IMG/VR virus record: IMGVR_UViG_3300009109_000006
Span: 1-58,417 of that record
DNA: 58,417 nucleotides
Source: a virus
Taxonomy: Duplodnaviria > Caudoviricetes
Strand: one strand, 5' to 3'
In this document: positions 8,505 through 18,687 of the stretch, one piece after another
How positions within the stretch are numbered: position 1 is the first letter of the stretch
Layout: every line of letters starts with the position of its first letter
Notes under the pieces: generated by a model
The model's database searches: none
Told to the model about the DNA's origin: nothing
What the model saw: only the letters and a program-made list of their open reading frames with translations
Position numbers and translations under genes: made by a program

Positions 8505-8705
8505 CTACTCAAGGTGCTGAACGTCGGCCTCGGTTTCGATCCAGACTCGGGCACCGCATCGGTCAGGGGTGTCAGAGTGAACGATGGTGCAGGGGCCGTC
8601 AATCCTGACTTTCTTCCAGTGAGTTGACCCCTTGTAGGTCCGGTCGATGATCGCCGGTTCGCCCCTCCTGATCTTCTGCTGGTGAACGTGGATGGTGTGC
8701 TTCAC
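8505..8705 (-). CDS. Small phage hypothetical protein
   Basis: IHVHQQ...I.GP...CGARVWIET pattern resembles a recurrent small phage family. Confidence 0.7.
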   Translation of the reverse strand: MKHTIHVHQQKIRRGEPAIIDRTYKGSTHWKKVRIDGPCTIVHSDTPDRCGARVWIETEADVQHLE

Positions 8706-8739
8706 TGGGCCTAGCGGCTACTTGCCTGCTGCCCTCTCA

Positions 8740-8913
8740 CTACTCGTCATCTCTGGACACTTCCTCAGGCACTACCTCTTGAAGCAGGCGCTCAATCTCA
8801 GCCTCCTGCTTCTCAATGATGGCTCGCTGGGTAGCCAGTTCCAGTTGGATCATGCCGTCCACTGTCTGCTGGAGTTGCCCCATGACTTCAAGCGGGGTCA
8901 CTGATACGGACAC
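8740..8913 (-). CDS. Small coiled-coil hypothetical protein
   Basis: AGGAG RBS before GTG at 8913. Confidence 0.55.
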   Translation of the reverse strand: MSVSVTPLEVMGQLQQTVDGMIQLELATQRAIIEKQEAEIERLLQEVVPEEVSRDDE

Positions 8914-8956
8914 GGTGTTTCTCCTCTGTTTGTTTGCGCTTGTTTGAGCCGGGCAA

Positions 8957-9679
8957 TCACTGGCTAGCCATCGCCTTGTAGGTCTTGGGGCCGACGATGC
9001 CGTCAGGGACGAGGCGGTTCTTACGCTGCCACGCCACAACTGCCCGCTTGGTGTTCGGACCAAACACTCCGTCTGCCTTGGCTCCAACCTGCGACTGCAC
9101 CCACTTGACGACCTTGCCTCTCATGCGAGGACGCCGCAAGCGGAGAGCCTTCTTGTAAGGAGGTGGCGGGGACGAGTGCTCAACCGGAACCGGCTGCTTC
9201 TCAACAATGGCTGTGTACGCCGAATCACCAGGGCACGCTGTGGGCTTGACATCACGGTGCCCCCGGACATTGGCGTCAGGAGTGATGTGGCCCAGGGACT
9301 GGCCCAGCCGGATCAAAGCATGGACAGAATCCACGCACTCCTTGGACACCTTCTGTTGGCCCGTGTCACCGATGATGACAATGGCGTAGGAGAGGTGGTT
9401 GTACCCCTTGGTAGCGCCGGGCTTGGCCCCCCACCCCCGGAGTTCATACACACGACCTGACCGTGGGGCGACGGCAAACGAGTATGCGATGTCCGACCAG
9501 CCTCGGGTGCCCATGTGGTACTGCTGGTACGCCCTCAAAGCCGCGGCCTCGTGGTCACGCGTGTGCCCAGCCAACTTTGTGCCTCCGTGGTGGATGAACA
9601 CCATGGTGGCTGTTCTGCGCTGGGTGTACTTCCGCTTGCGCGGCTTAGCGCCCCAGTCGGACCTGCTTAGGATTCTCAT
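8957..9679 (-). CDS. Endolysin: N-acetylmuramoyl-L-alanine amidase (PGRP/Amidase_2) plus peptidoglycan-binding domain
   Basis: FIHH, WSDIAYSF, GHRDV..TACPG; C-terminal DGVFGPNT and DGIVGPKT repeats. Confidence 0.92.
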   Translation of the reverse strand: MRILSRSDWGAKPRKRKYTQRRTATMVFIHHGGTKLAGHTRDHEAAALRAYQQYHMGTRGWSDIAYSFAVAPRSGRVYELRGWGAKPGATKGYNHLSYAIVIIGDTGQQKVSKECVDSVHALIRLGQSLGHITPDANVRGHRDVKPTACPGDSAYTAIVEKQPVPVEHSSPPPPYKKALRLRRPRMRGKVVKWVQSQVGAKADGVFGPNTKRAVVAWQRKNRLVPDGIVGPKTYKAMASQ

Positions 9680-11232
9680 TGTGCCTCCAGTGCCTCAATG
9701 CGGGCAGTCAGTTCAGCAATCTGGCCCGCCTGCCGCTGGGCCAGGTGGACGAGTGCTGGCACGATGCGGGCGTACTGGACGCCCTCTGGCCGCATCACCG
9801 GCTCCCCGTCGTCGTCAAGGTGGGGGACCTTGTTGCCGTCGGCGTCGAGCACCGTCATCGTCCGAGTTTCGCCGGTCTCCTCGTCGGTGACTTCCTCAGT
9901 CTGCCAGTGCTCGCTGTAGTGGACCCAGCGGGGGTTGATCTCGGCAACCTCTTCGGCGATGAAGCCGTGGTGGGACCAGTCGGAGCGGTCGAGGTCGGCC
10001 GTGGAGCGGAACCAGACGGGGCGCAGGCTCAGGGCGAGGTCGGCCTCGGTGTCCCAGAGGTCCTCGATGTCGGTCTTGTACCGCTCGGACGAGGTGGACT
10101 GGCGAATGTACCCCGACGAGTTGACGTTCACGTTCTCCGCGGTGGCGGTCGTCCTGTCCCAGACGAGATCGGAGGTGAAGTTTCGGTTGCCGGTCACCGA
10201 CTCACCGACGAGGAGGTCACGGCCCGTCGATCCGTAGACCATGAAGTCGGCCCCGTTCGTCGTTGCGGTCGCCCCGATGACCACGTTGCCAGCACCATCG
10301 AAAGTCATTTCGGTTCGGGAGTCGGAAAAGTTGCGGAACTCAATACCCGACCCCGCCGACTGCTGGAACCCGTAGGTGTCGTACCCGCTGCGCTCCATGC
10401 GGAGCGCTTCGCCGCTGCTGACAATGTGAACCTGGCTATCCGTTGGGCTGTCCGTGCCAATGCCGATCTTGCCGCTCGGGTCGATGACGAGAGCCTCGTT
10501 GGTGATCCCGGCGTAGTCGTTGCTCGTCCCGAAGATCAGCGACGACCCGCCGCCTCCCATCTTGGCCCCGATGCGGGCACTGGGTTCCTCGGCGCCCGTC
10601 GTGTAGCGGAAGTCCATCGCCACGATGTCATCGGTGGCGTGGTCCGTGTTAGTCAGGGTGAACATGCCACGGTTGGCGCTGGTGAAGTCCGTGAGGTCAT
10701 CGTCCGAGGCGATCTCGACGGCTGTGACGGGCGTGAGCGTTCCCACGCCGAGTCTCCCGCCGTACACCAGCAGGTAGTCGTCTGCCTGTTGCCACTTGAC
10801 GTAGGCCCCCGAGGTGTCCCCGTAGGCCAAGAAGTCGACGCCTGCGGAGCCGCCTGATGCTCCGAGTTTGAGGATGTCGTTGGTGGCGTCCCAGGTCATC
10901 AGTTTGTTCGCCGTGTCGCCATAGAGGACCACGTTGTGGCCTTCGTCGTCCACGCCCACGGTGACCGTGCCCTTGATGGTGTACGCCCCGGACGAGACTG
11001 ACCAAGTGTCAAGGTCAAGCAGGGGGACCCACGCCGATCCCGAATAGACCTCTAGCGTCTTATCGGTGCTGTTGTAAATCACAGCACCCTCGGACCCTGA
11101 GTCCACGCTCAGGGCATCACGAGTGGTGGTCGTTTCTTTGTTTATCGACTGGTCCTGCATGGCCTGAATCTTGGCCTGAGTGACCACATCACCTGTGGCC
11201 CATGAGTTCCAGTTGGTTGGTGCGAGTGCCAT
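9676..11232 (-). CDS. Tail fibre / receptor-binding protein with C-terminal intramolecular chaperone (peptidase S74)
   Basis: GKIGIGT-type repeats; SSERYKTDI, LRPVWF, GFIAEEV; terminal coiled coil. Confidence 0.85.
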   Translation of the reverse strand: MALAPTNWNSWATGDVVTQAKIQAMQDQSINKETTTTRDALSVDSGSEGAVIYNSTDKTLEVYSGSAWVPLLDLDTWSVSSGAYTIKGTVTVGVDDEGHNVVLYGDTANKLMTWDATNDILKLGASGGSAGVDFLAYGDTSGAYVKWQQADDYLLVYGGRLGVGTLTPVTAVEIASDDDLTDFTSANRGMFTLTNTDHATDDIVAMDFRYTTGAEEPSARIGAKMGGGGSSLIFGTSNDYAGITNEALVIDPSGKIGIGTDSPTDSQVHIVSSGEALRMERSGYDTYGFQQSAGSGIEFRNFSDSRTEMTFDGAGNVVIGATATTNGADFMVYGSTGRDLLVGESVTGNRNFTSDLVWDRTTATAENVNVNSSGYIRQSTSSERYKTDIEDLWDTEADLALSLRPVWFRSTADLDRSDWSHHGFIAEEVAEINPRWVHYSEHWQTEEVTDEETGETRTMTVLDADGNKVPHLDDDGEPVMRPEGVQYARIVPALVHLAQRQAGQIAELTARIEALEAQ

Positions 11233-12485
11233 TAGAAACCTACTTTACCTGAGTCAACTTTGCCGGTGTCCACGATGAGGAAGTCGCCCAGGATTTCGGC
11301 ATATGGGGACAGCCCAAACGTGGTCGTCCACTGGTTGCCAGTGCTGATGCGATGAGCGATGTTGTCTATCACCATGTCATCCACGATTTGAGCCGATGCC
11401 ACACCGTTCACACGGGGGGTGCGCTCAATGGTGATGGCCGTAGCAACGTCAAGTTCCAGAACTGTTGTCTGGTTGGCCGTGCTGAGAATGTTGGGTTCTA
11501 CTACCAGTCGGTCAAACCGGGCCGACGGGTCTTTGTAGACCAGTCTCAGAAAGTCGGCCATGCCCTGCACTTCAGTAGTACCAGGGGTGGTGACCCGGTT
11601 GAGCAGCCCCGTCCGGCTGAACTCTCTGATCCCGAACGATGCTTGGCTGGTGCTGTCAGAAGCAGTCTCTGGGACACCTCCCAGCACGCCGCCGGAGTCA
11701 AAGCGGGCCAGGGAGATGAGATTGAACAGCAACTCAGAGTCCGTGAACAGAGCAACTGACTGGTACGGGATGTCGCTCCCATCGTCAGAGAAAGTCACCG
11801 CTGGGGTGCCGATGTCAGTATGGCGCCCCTTGAACACAAACTTGCCTTCTCGGCTAATGAAGATGCCCTGCGCCAACTCACTGTTGGCGACTACCTGCAA
11901 CTCCTGCCAAGCGTTGGTCGTTGTCTCCTTCGCCTGAAGGGTGGCCTGACCGGTGGCTATATCACGGTTGGCCGCCCCGGTTGGCCAGAGCGGTTCACCG
12001 GAGCCGCCCCCACCGTCCGCTGTTGCCACATAGCAATCAAGGATGTTGGTAACACGAGTGCCTGACACTTCCTCAGAGAACGTGGGAGGCTTGTTAGCGC
12101 TGCTGTCCGTCAGGCTTTGCAGTGACGCCATGCTCAACTTCTGTAGCCCGTCAGTGCATTTGACCGTCACGAACGAGGCGTTAGGTCCGTCGTAGTGAAC
12201 CGTCCAACTGTCTACCGTGCCCTCAAATACCTGCTTGTCGGAGGCGCTGACGGTGCCGTAGATGCACACGGCTGACTTCAACTGGATGTTTCCGTAGTAA
12301 GCGCCTAAAGCGTACTCCGGGTCAAACCGGCGGTCTTCGTTGCGGAGAGTGATGGTCGCCGTCCCCGCTGTGCAGTGTGTGATGGACCGGCTCCTGCCAC
12401 GACGAATGTCAATTTTGGTGACGTAGGCCGACACATCGACCGTGGACCCCAGATAGACGGTGACCTTTGGAGTGACGTTAGCCAT
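11232..12485 (-). CDS. Minor tail / tail-tip protein
   Basis: Follows the tape measure; IRRGRS..AGTATITLRN.DRRFDP pattern. Confidence 0.75.
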   Translation of the reverse strand: MANVTPKVTVYLGSTVDVSAYVTKIDIRRGRSRSITHCTAGTATITLRNEDRRFDPEYALGAYYGNIQLKSAVCIYGTVSASDKQVFEGTVDSWTVHYDGPNASFVTVKCTDGLQKLSMASLQSLTDSSANKPPTFSEEVSGTRVTNILDCYVATADGGGGSGEPLWPTGAANRDIATGQATLQAKETTTNAWQELQVVANSELAQGIFISREGKFVFKGRHTDIGTPAVTFSDDGSDIPYQSVALFTDSELLFNLISLARFDSGGVLGGVPETASDSTSQASFGIREFSRTGLLNRVTTPGTTEVQGMADFLRLVYKDPSARFDRLVVEPNILSTANQTTVLELDVATAITIERTPRVNGVASAQIVDDMVIDNIAHRISTGNQWTTTFGLSPYAEILGDFLIVDTGKVDSGKVGF

Positions 12486-15400
12486 CAGGTGCTCGCACTA
12501 GATGTATACATGCTGGACTCCGTGGTGACGGGTACAGGCCCGTTGGCCCGCTCATACTCACGAAGTGCTTCAACAACGGCCTCGGACACTGCCGCCGGGT
12601 CGCTCACCCCAGCGGAGATGTTGATGTTGTAGGTGCTGCCGCCACCGCCCATGGCTCCCAGTTTGCTTAGCGGGACAATGGCTTCTGGTCCGGCTTCCCC
12701 GGCAAGTACCAGTTGGGGCTTTTTGACCACCCCTCCGTTGGCCATGGCGGGCACGCTTTCCAGCCCGGCGAGGTAGTTCATTACGTTGCCCAGGCCGTGT
12801 TCTTCAATGCTCTTGTAGAACCGGTCAAGTTCTACGGCCTGCCGGTACTCGTCAAACTCTGGGAAAGCCTGCCGGGCCTCCTCCATCATCTCTCTGATGT
12901 GCTCGGTGATGAGAGCGAACTGGTCGGCCAGTGTGCCGCCCATGTCGTCAATGGCTTCAAGCGCCTTGACTACCTCCGGGGCACTACGAGCCAGTTCCAT
13001 GTAGGCGGCTTCCTGTGCCCGGACGGCTTCAACCTGTTCCAGCGCCAAGTCACGCAACCGCTCGTCAATGGCGGCGATCTGCTGCTTGACCGCTTCCTCA
13101 GCACTCAGTGCTGCTGCGGCATCCTCACTTGCCAGCGCCAGTTCTTCTTCAGCGATGGCAAGGTCCAGGGCGATTGTTTCTGCCTCAGCCTGCATCTCAG
13201 CGAGGCGTTCCTGAGCGTCAATCAGTTCCTGCGACGGAGCAATGGCGTCGGCAATGCTTTGGGTGAGGGCGTCTTGTGCTGCCGTGTACTCGGCTTCGGT
13301 GATGATCCCTGCGGCGTACCTGCGCTCTGCTGCGCTGAGGGCGTTAGCCAGCCGCTCAATCTCAGTGGCTTCGGCGGCGGTCACATCCGCAGCGGCCTCA
13401 GCCTCTGTGATGAACCCTTGGGCGATCAGCCCTCGCTCAACCGCTGTTACCTCATGGGCTTTGGCCACCAAATCGTCAATGGCGGCCTGCTGGTCCTCCA
13501 ACGCCTCTGGGGTCAGTTCCTGTTGGCGGGCAACCAGCCGCTCGTAGGTGGCTTCAAGGTCCAGCAGTGCCCTGGCCTGCCGAAGAACCGACAGTTCGTA
13601 CTCCCGCTGGAATCGGTTGCCGTCTTCTTGGAGTTTGTTGCGCTGGTCAAGAAGGGCGTTGATCTCCTCGTCAATGCGCTCAACTCTTTCTGTCGCACTG
13701 ATGTAGCCGCTAATGGCGCTAGTGCCCGTCTTCACTGCTGCGGCAGACCGCTCAATGGCCCCCAGGATTTGCTCCCAAAGGTCAACTGTTTCTTCCAGGC
13801 CACGGCCGCCACGCCCGCTCCATGGTGCCTCAGTGATCTCGGGCATCGACAGCAGCGACAGCAACTTCTCCAAGTGGGCGATAAAAGGTATGTCGGCTGG
13901 TACGCCCACTGCCGTAAGAGCCTCAATGACGGCGCTGATGGACTGGGTGTTCATCCCGCCGAATCTCATAACAACATCAACGACAACCGGGGGAGCACCG
14001 TCAATGGTCATCATCATGTCGTACATGCGGAGGAGTTCGTCAGTGTTGTACCCTGCCGCCTGACCAGCCTGCACCAGCCAGTCGCGTGCCTTCTGGAGTT
14101 CGCCACGCAAGATTTCAGTAGCGTCTGACGCTATGTCCGCAGCCTGGTTCATTTTGTGGATCGCCTCGGCGTTGGCAAATGCAGCACCCTGAACGCCAGC
14201 GATCATGCTTTCAAGTTGCTCGGCCTCATCTCCCGTGGCCCGCTGAGCGTTAGCCGCCTGGAACATGACCTGCGCCATGGCGTCAACTGAATCCCCCAGG
14301 TTGTCGGTTGTCCCAATAAGGTCAGTCGTCAGGCCAGAAGTGATCTTGATGCGGTCGTTGAGGTTCTGAAAGTCCTTCTCGGCAGTCACCACACGGCGCT
14401 CGGCTTCAGCAAGCGAAATCCCAAGTTCCTCTACTGCACCGCTCAGGGCTAGAGCGCGCACCTCCAGTTCTTCGGTTTGCAGTGCTGCCTCATGCACAAC
14501 CTTGTTGTAGGCAAGCACTTCTTCGTTGACAGTAGCGGTGATCTCACCAAACTGTTCCGCAAACTGAATCGCTTCTGCTGCTGAGCGAGAGTTGAGCCAC
14601 GCCTCCCAGTCAATACTTCTGGCAGAAGCAATGTCTGCGGCCAGCCCCGCCTCCACAGCAAACTGCTGCAACAACTCCAGGGTTCTGTCTGCGCTTGACT
14701 GCCACTCACTCACCATGTCGCCAGAGGGCGGCTCTAGCGAGTCCACGAGCAGGCGCTGGATTTGTTCCCACGAAGTCCGCTGGAATGTGCGCTTCTGCGC
14801 GTCGCCAATGAGTCGAAGGGCTACTACAAAGTTTTCTGCCTGACTGGTAGCAAGGTCATACCCCGTATTGAGTGATTTGAGATAGTCAAGCAGTGGTGGG
14901 TAGACGTACTCGCCGGTTTCCCCGGACTCTTGGACGATCCGCACAAACTCCTGCAACTCGACACTAGTCAGGCCCAACGTGTCCACAAGTTGCTGAACGT
15001 CGCTGTCGATGTTTTGGAACGGCCTGTTCCCCAGCCAGTTGCGCCATGCTTCTTGGTTGTCGGGCAGCAGCCCGTTCTGGTCGTAGAGAGCACTGTTGAT
15101 GCTGTCGATGGTGGCTTCTAGTTTCTTCCCTTCGTCATTTGCTCCCTTGAAAATCTCCATTAGGACAAATGCACCTGCTGTGAGAACGAGCAGGGGGAGG
15201 ATGGTTTTCAGGGCAGCAGACAGCCCCAGTGTGGCCGCAGTGGCTGCTACTGTGGCCTGCGTTTCAGCCGCCAGAGCAGTAACTGCACTCCAAGTGGCTG
15301 CCGCATACTTGATCTTGGCTACCGCTGCCGCACCAATGCCCGCAGCGAAGCCCAGTACGGCTTTGGCTCCCAGAGCCAGCACAAAGGCTGTGATGACCGG

Positions 15401-16561
15401 GAGCAGTGGTTCCAAAATCGCTGCAAGTGCTTTGAGGGCTACCGCAGCACCCTGAACTGCCACGTTCCAGGCTGCCCACGCAGTGATGGCACCGCCAACC
15501 TTGACAACTTCGGCTGCAACTCGTCCGGCGCTTTCAGCAATGGTAATCAGCGACTCCCCGATGCCCTGAAGGGTCTTTTGGGTGTCCTCGTCCTGAGTGA
15601 AGGCAATGAATGCGGCCATGGCGTTAGCCATCGACTGGCCAAAGTTGCTGATCCAAGTGTTGAGTTGGCTGCCTTCAGCGAGACTGGCCTTGATCCACTG
15701 GACGAACGGGTCCAGCCCCTCGTTCACGAACTGCTTGAACGCTGGGTACAGCCCGTTGCCAATAGAAATCTTGATGTCGTTCACGATTCGGACAAGTGAG
15801 CCAAGTTTCTTGACTGGCTCCTCCAAAGACTTGGCATACGCACCGGAGAGTTTCTTGCCTTCTGCCAGGGCGGCGTTCAGCACCGCCTGTGTTCTCTCTG
15901 CGTTGGTAAGTGAATCGGTCGCCTTGCCTATTTCGGCGGCGTATTCGGCTACGGCTTGCCCCACCTGAACCTGAACTCCGGCATTACGCAGCAGCAGTGA
16001 GTTTTGCCGGGCAATACCGTAAATCAGCCGGTCGAGCGTGGCTGACGAGTTGCTGTTGGAGATGACGGCCGCATCCTGAGCAACTCGGGCCAAGTCCACG
16101 GCCTGAGCAGCGTCCATGTTGTTGCGAATGAACTCGGCCAGGGTGTTCTGGGCGATACCAAGTTCGATGCCGGACTTTCGGATGTTGTGGGTGAATGTCT
16201 CTATCTGGTCGCTGCTGTACCCGACCCGGCGACCAAGCATGTTGAGAACGCTGGCCATCTGCTCGGTTCGTGCCGCCCCGAAGATGGACTCTTTGACAAA
16301 CGCTTTGAGGGCAAACGTGGCCCGCGTTACGGCATTGGACAGTTGAATGCCGAATGCCACTGCCAGCGTGGTCCTAACGAACTTGCTGAGCCGCCCACCA
16401 GCACGTTGGGCATTCCCGTAACTTTTGGTGATGGAGTTTGCAGACTGCTGGGCGCTGTTGGCCAGCGCCTGCATTGACTTGGCAGCCTTTTGAGTCTCAC
16501 GAACCCAGACGGTGGCATCAGCGGTGATCTGTGCGGCGAGATCAAGCCCTGATGTTGCCAT
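12485..16561 (-). CDS. Tape measure protein
   Basis: 1358 aa, Ala-rich helical with hydrophobic stretch; C-terminal MANGGVV..GEAGPEAIVPL; follows the chaperone genes. Confidence 0.92.
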   Translation of the reverse strand: MATSGLDLAAQITADATVWVRETQKAAKSMQALANSAQQSANSITKSYGNAQRAGGRLSKFVRTTLAVAFGIQLSNAVTRATFALKAFVKESIFGAARTEQMASVLNMLGRRVGYSSDQIETFTHNIRKSGIELGIAQNTLAEFIRNNMDAAQAVDLARVAQDAAVISNSNSSATLDRLIYGIARQNSLLLRNAGVQVQVGQAVAEYAAEIGKATDSLTNAERTQAVLNAALAEGKKLSGAYAKSLEEPVKKLGSLVRIVNDIKISIGNGLYPAFKQFVNEGLDPFVQWIKASLAEGSQLNTWISNFGQSMANAMAAFIAFTQDEDTQKTLQGIGESLITIAESAGRVAAEVVKVGGAITAWAAWNVAVQGAAVALKALAAILEPLLPVITAFVLALGAKAVLGFAAGIGAAAVAKIKYAAATWSAVTALAAETQATVAATAATLGLSAALKTILPLLVLTAGAFVLMEIFKGANDEGKKLEATIDSINSALYDQNGLLPDNQEAWRNWLGNRPFQNIDSDVQQLVDTLGLTSVELQEFVRIVQESGETGEYVYPPLLDYLKSLNTGYDLATSQAENFVVALRLIGDAQKRTFQRTSWEQIQRLLVDSLEPPSGDMVSEWQSSADRTLELLQQFAVEAGLAADIASARSIDWEAWLNSRSAAEAIQFAEQFGEITATVNEEVLAYNKVVHEAALQTEELEVRALALSGAVEELGISLAEAERRVVTAEKDFQNLNDRIKITSGLTTDLIGTTDNLGDSVDAMAQVMFQAANAQRATGDEAEQLESMIAGVQGAAFANAEAIHKMNQAADIASDATEILRGELQKARDWLVQAGQAAGYNTDELLRMYDMMMTIDGAPPVVVDVVMRFGGMNTQSISAVIEALTAVGVPADIPFIAHLEKLLSLLSMPEITEAPWSGRGGRGLEETVDLWEQILGAIERSAAAVKTGTSAISGYISATERVERIDEEINALLDQRNKLQEDGNRFQREYELSVLRQARALLDLEATYERLVARQQELTPEALEDQQAAIDDLVAKAHEVTAVERGLIAQGFITEAEAAADVTAAEATEIERLANALSAAERRYAAGIITEAEYTAAQDALTQSIADAIAPSQELIDAQERLAEMQAEAETIALDLAIAEEELALASEDAAAALSAEEAVKQQIAAIDERLRDLALEQVEAVRAQEAAYMELARSAPEVVKALEAIDDMGGTLADQFALITEHIREMMEEARQAFPEFDEYRQAVELDRFYKSIEEHGLGNVMNYLAGLESVPAMANGGVVKKPQLVLAGEAGPEAIVPLSKLGAMGGGGSTYNINISAGVSDPAAVSEAVVEALREYERANGPVPVTTESSMYTSSAST

Positions 16562-16566
16562 GGTTA

Positions 16567-16775
16567 CTACCTACTCTTTGCTGCTGCCTTAGCCCGTTGT
16601 CTTGCTCGCTCCGTTTCCCACGCCACAATCCGGTCGTAGCCCGCCCAAGCCACGAGTTCCATTGAACTCAGCGGCTTGTGGCTTGGGCTTCCGTACAAGA
16701 GTTCCTCTACTGTTCGCCCTAGTCGCTCAGCGATGACGAACAGGTAGCGGTACTCAGGGTCTTCTAGGACGCTTT
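16567..16775 (-). CDS. Tail assembly chaperone, -1 frameshifted C-terminal extension (GT)
   Basis: -1 frame after the slippery site reads SVLEDPEYRYLFVIAERLGRTVEEL...WAGYD...SR*. Confidence 0.75.
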
Positions 16776-17114
16776 TCCCGCCTCATCCACCGCCTCAGGA
16801 GTCAGCCCGGAGAGTGCCATGGCCTTTTGGGCCACCTTCTCAACCGCTGCGGCTGACTTGTTCTGAAGGGCGCTGACATCATCGCCGCTGAATACCTGTT
16901 CCCCGCTTTCGGGGTCGAAGACAGTGGCGATGAGGATGCGGGGGTACAACTGCTCTAGGTCAATGTTGCCTGAATCGTCCATGGCGCTGTTGAGCATCTT
17001 GCTGCGCTCGGCAGCGGTCATGGTGCGGACCTCTACATCAACATCCCAGATGTCAATGTGGACAGTCTCCTTGCCGATGTCGTCGGCAGCAATGATTTGA
17101 TCCCTGAGGGACAC
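16764..17114 (-). CDS. Tail assembly chaperone (G)
   Basis: Between tail tube and tape measure; ends in G GGA AAA slippery site. Confidence 0.85.
   Translation of the reverse strand: MSLRDQIIAADDIGKETVHIDIWDVDVEVRTMTAAERSKMLNSAMDDSGNIDLEQLYPRILIATVFDPESGEQVFSGDDVSALQNKSAAAVEKVAQKAMALSGLTPEAVDEAGKAS
16773..16779 (-). promoter_or_regulatory. Programmed -1 ribosomal frameshift site GGGAAAA
   Basis: X XXY YYZ heptamer at the chaperone end, with the -1 frame open to 16567. Confidence 0.8.
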
Positions 17115-17147
17115 GGGGTCACTCTCCTCTGTTTGTGGTTATGGGTA

Positions 17148-17549
17148 CTAGGCGCGGGTAACGCCGCCGGTCTGCTGGAAGTCAGCAGAGAACGACACCT
17201 TGTCGGCTACCGGGCTGGACATCTCGTAACTCGTGCAGAACGCTTCAAAGGTGTAAGTGGTTGTGCCGCCGTCCGGCGAGTACACAATGGTGCCCGCAGA
17301 GCCACCGACAATGCCGCCAAGGACAACATCGTTACCGGTGGTCGCCGTTACATCCCACGACCCGCTGATGGAGCAAGAAGCGTCCTTCAACCCGGCAATG
17401 AACGCTTTCGCGTTATCCCCTAGGCTGGTGACCTCTGCTGGCTCGCCATTTTGTGTGAAGGTTACGTTGTCCACGCCAGTGATCGACCGGGCGGTGCCGC
17501 CCGAATCATCCACCGTGACCGTGGAGTCGGAACCGTGCTTGAAGGCCAT
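17148..17549 (-). CDS. Tail tube protein
   Basis: Position; E.TSLGD.AK.FIAGLKD and YEMSSPVADKVSFSADF motifs. Confidence 0.8.
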   Translation of the reverse strand: MAFKHGSDSTVTVDDSGGTARSITGVDNVTFTQNGEPAEVTSLGDNAKAFIAGLKDASCSISGSWDVTATTGNDVVLGGIVGGSAGTIVYSPDGGTTTYTFEAFCTSYEMSSPVADKVSFSADFQQTGGVTRA

Positions 17550-17561
17550 CTCTGTCGCTCC

Positions 17562-18374
17562 TTATGCTTGTTTGGCCGAAATACGCCCGACCGAAATGAT
17601 CGGCGTGATAGTACCGCTGCTGTATCCACTAGCAGCGGAGAACTGGAATCGCAGGTACTGGTTGAGTGTGCCTGATGTCGCCCCAGCAATGCCGGACGAA
17701 AGCGCCCCGGCTGACAGCGAGGCTTCAATGGTGGTGAGGTCTGACCATGAGGAACCGTTGGTGCTGTGCTGCACCTTGATCGCTTGGGCAGCATCCGAAG
17801 TGTTGGCTGTGATGTGCCAAGCAATCAGATAGCCGCTAGTGCTGGCCGCACCGCTGTTGACCGTTGTCCCGTCCACGGTAGAGCCAGCACTGGGAGTAAC
17901 AGCCGAACCGGTTGTGAGGCTTTCGGCAGCCCAGGCGTTGGCGTACACCACTCCTGCGGTGCCACCGTCATGCCCGCATTCCCAGTCGGTGCTCACTCCA
18001 ACAACATCGGCCACCGGGCTAGAAACGTCGTAACTGGTAAGTCGAGCATACGCTCCCTTCACCCAAGAACCGGCCGCCATGGTGTACGGGACAACAGTTA
18101 CAACTGACGGGTTGGCAGTGGAGTTCAGGCCATCCAAAAACTGGTCAAACGTCTTGGTGGTCCCGGTGGGGTCGATGTCGGTAGACGCCTCATACAACCC
18201 GCCCATACTCAGGGTTCCAGAGGTCAGCCCTTTGATGAAGGTTTTGCTGCTGTTAGTGAACGTCGTAGTTTCCCCTGGCTCTCCGGCTGAAGCGATGGTC
18301 GCTTCGTTCAGGTACGAACTCAGGTTGTATGAGTCCACAAAGACCTGGGTGTCTTTTCCGTGATAGAACGCCAT
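17562..18374 (-). CDS. Tail-tube-like paralogue with C-terminal beta-rich extension
   Basis: N-terminal half aligns by eye with 17148-17549. Confidence 0.7.
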   Translation of the reverse strand: MAFYHGKDTQVFVDSYNLSSYLNEATIASAGEPGETTTFTNSSKTFIKGLTSGTLSMGGLYEASTDIDPTGTTKTFDQFLDGLNSTANPSVVTVVPYTMAAGSWVKGAYARLTSYDVSSPVADVVGVSTDWECGHDGGTAGVVYANAWAAESLTTGSAVTPSAGSTVDGTTVNSGAASTSGYLIAWHITANTSDAAQAIKVQHSTNGSSWSDLTTIEASLSAGALSSGIAGATSGTLNQYLRFQFSAASGYSSGTITPIISVGRISAKQA

Positions 18375-18565
18375 TACTGCTCCTCCAAGATGCCTTGCTC
18401 AATCCAGGCGCGCAAAGTGCTAGTGGGAATCTCAGAAGCGATCTCTCCCGCAGCCACATACACATAGCCGCCGTCACGAGTTGGGTATTCGATGTTGACG
18501 GTGGCTCGGTACGCCTTGCTGCTCCGACTAGCCTTGCTGCTGCCGGTCCCCTTGTTGCTTGCCAT
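18374..18565 (-). CDS. Small hypothetical protein
   Basis: AGGAG RBS; stop overlaps the next start. Confidence 0.6.
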   Translation of the reverse strand: MASNKGTGSSKASRSSKAYRATVNIEYPTRDGGYVYVAAGEIASEIPTSTLRAWIEQGILEEQ

Positions 18566-18687
18566 GGATTTGCTCCTACGAACGGGCGCACCCCACTAGC
18601 AAGTGACAAGGGAGCACACCGGCTCACGGCATCACAGACCAATGGGGACACGAAGTTCACGAAACTATAAAGATGTATGTGCTGATG

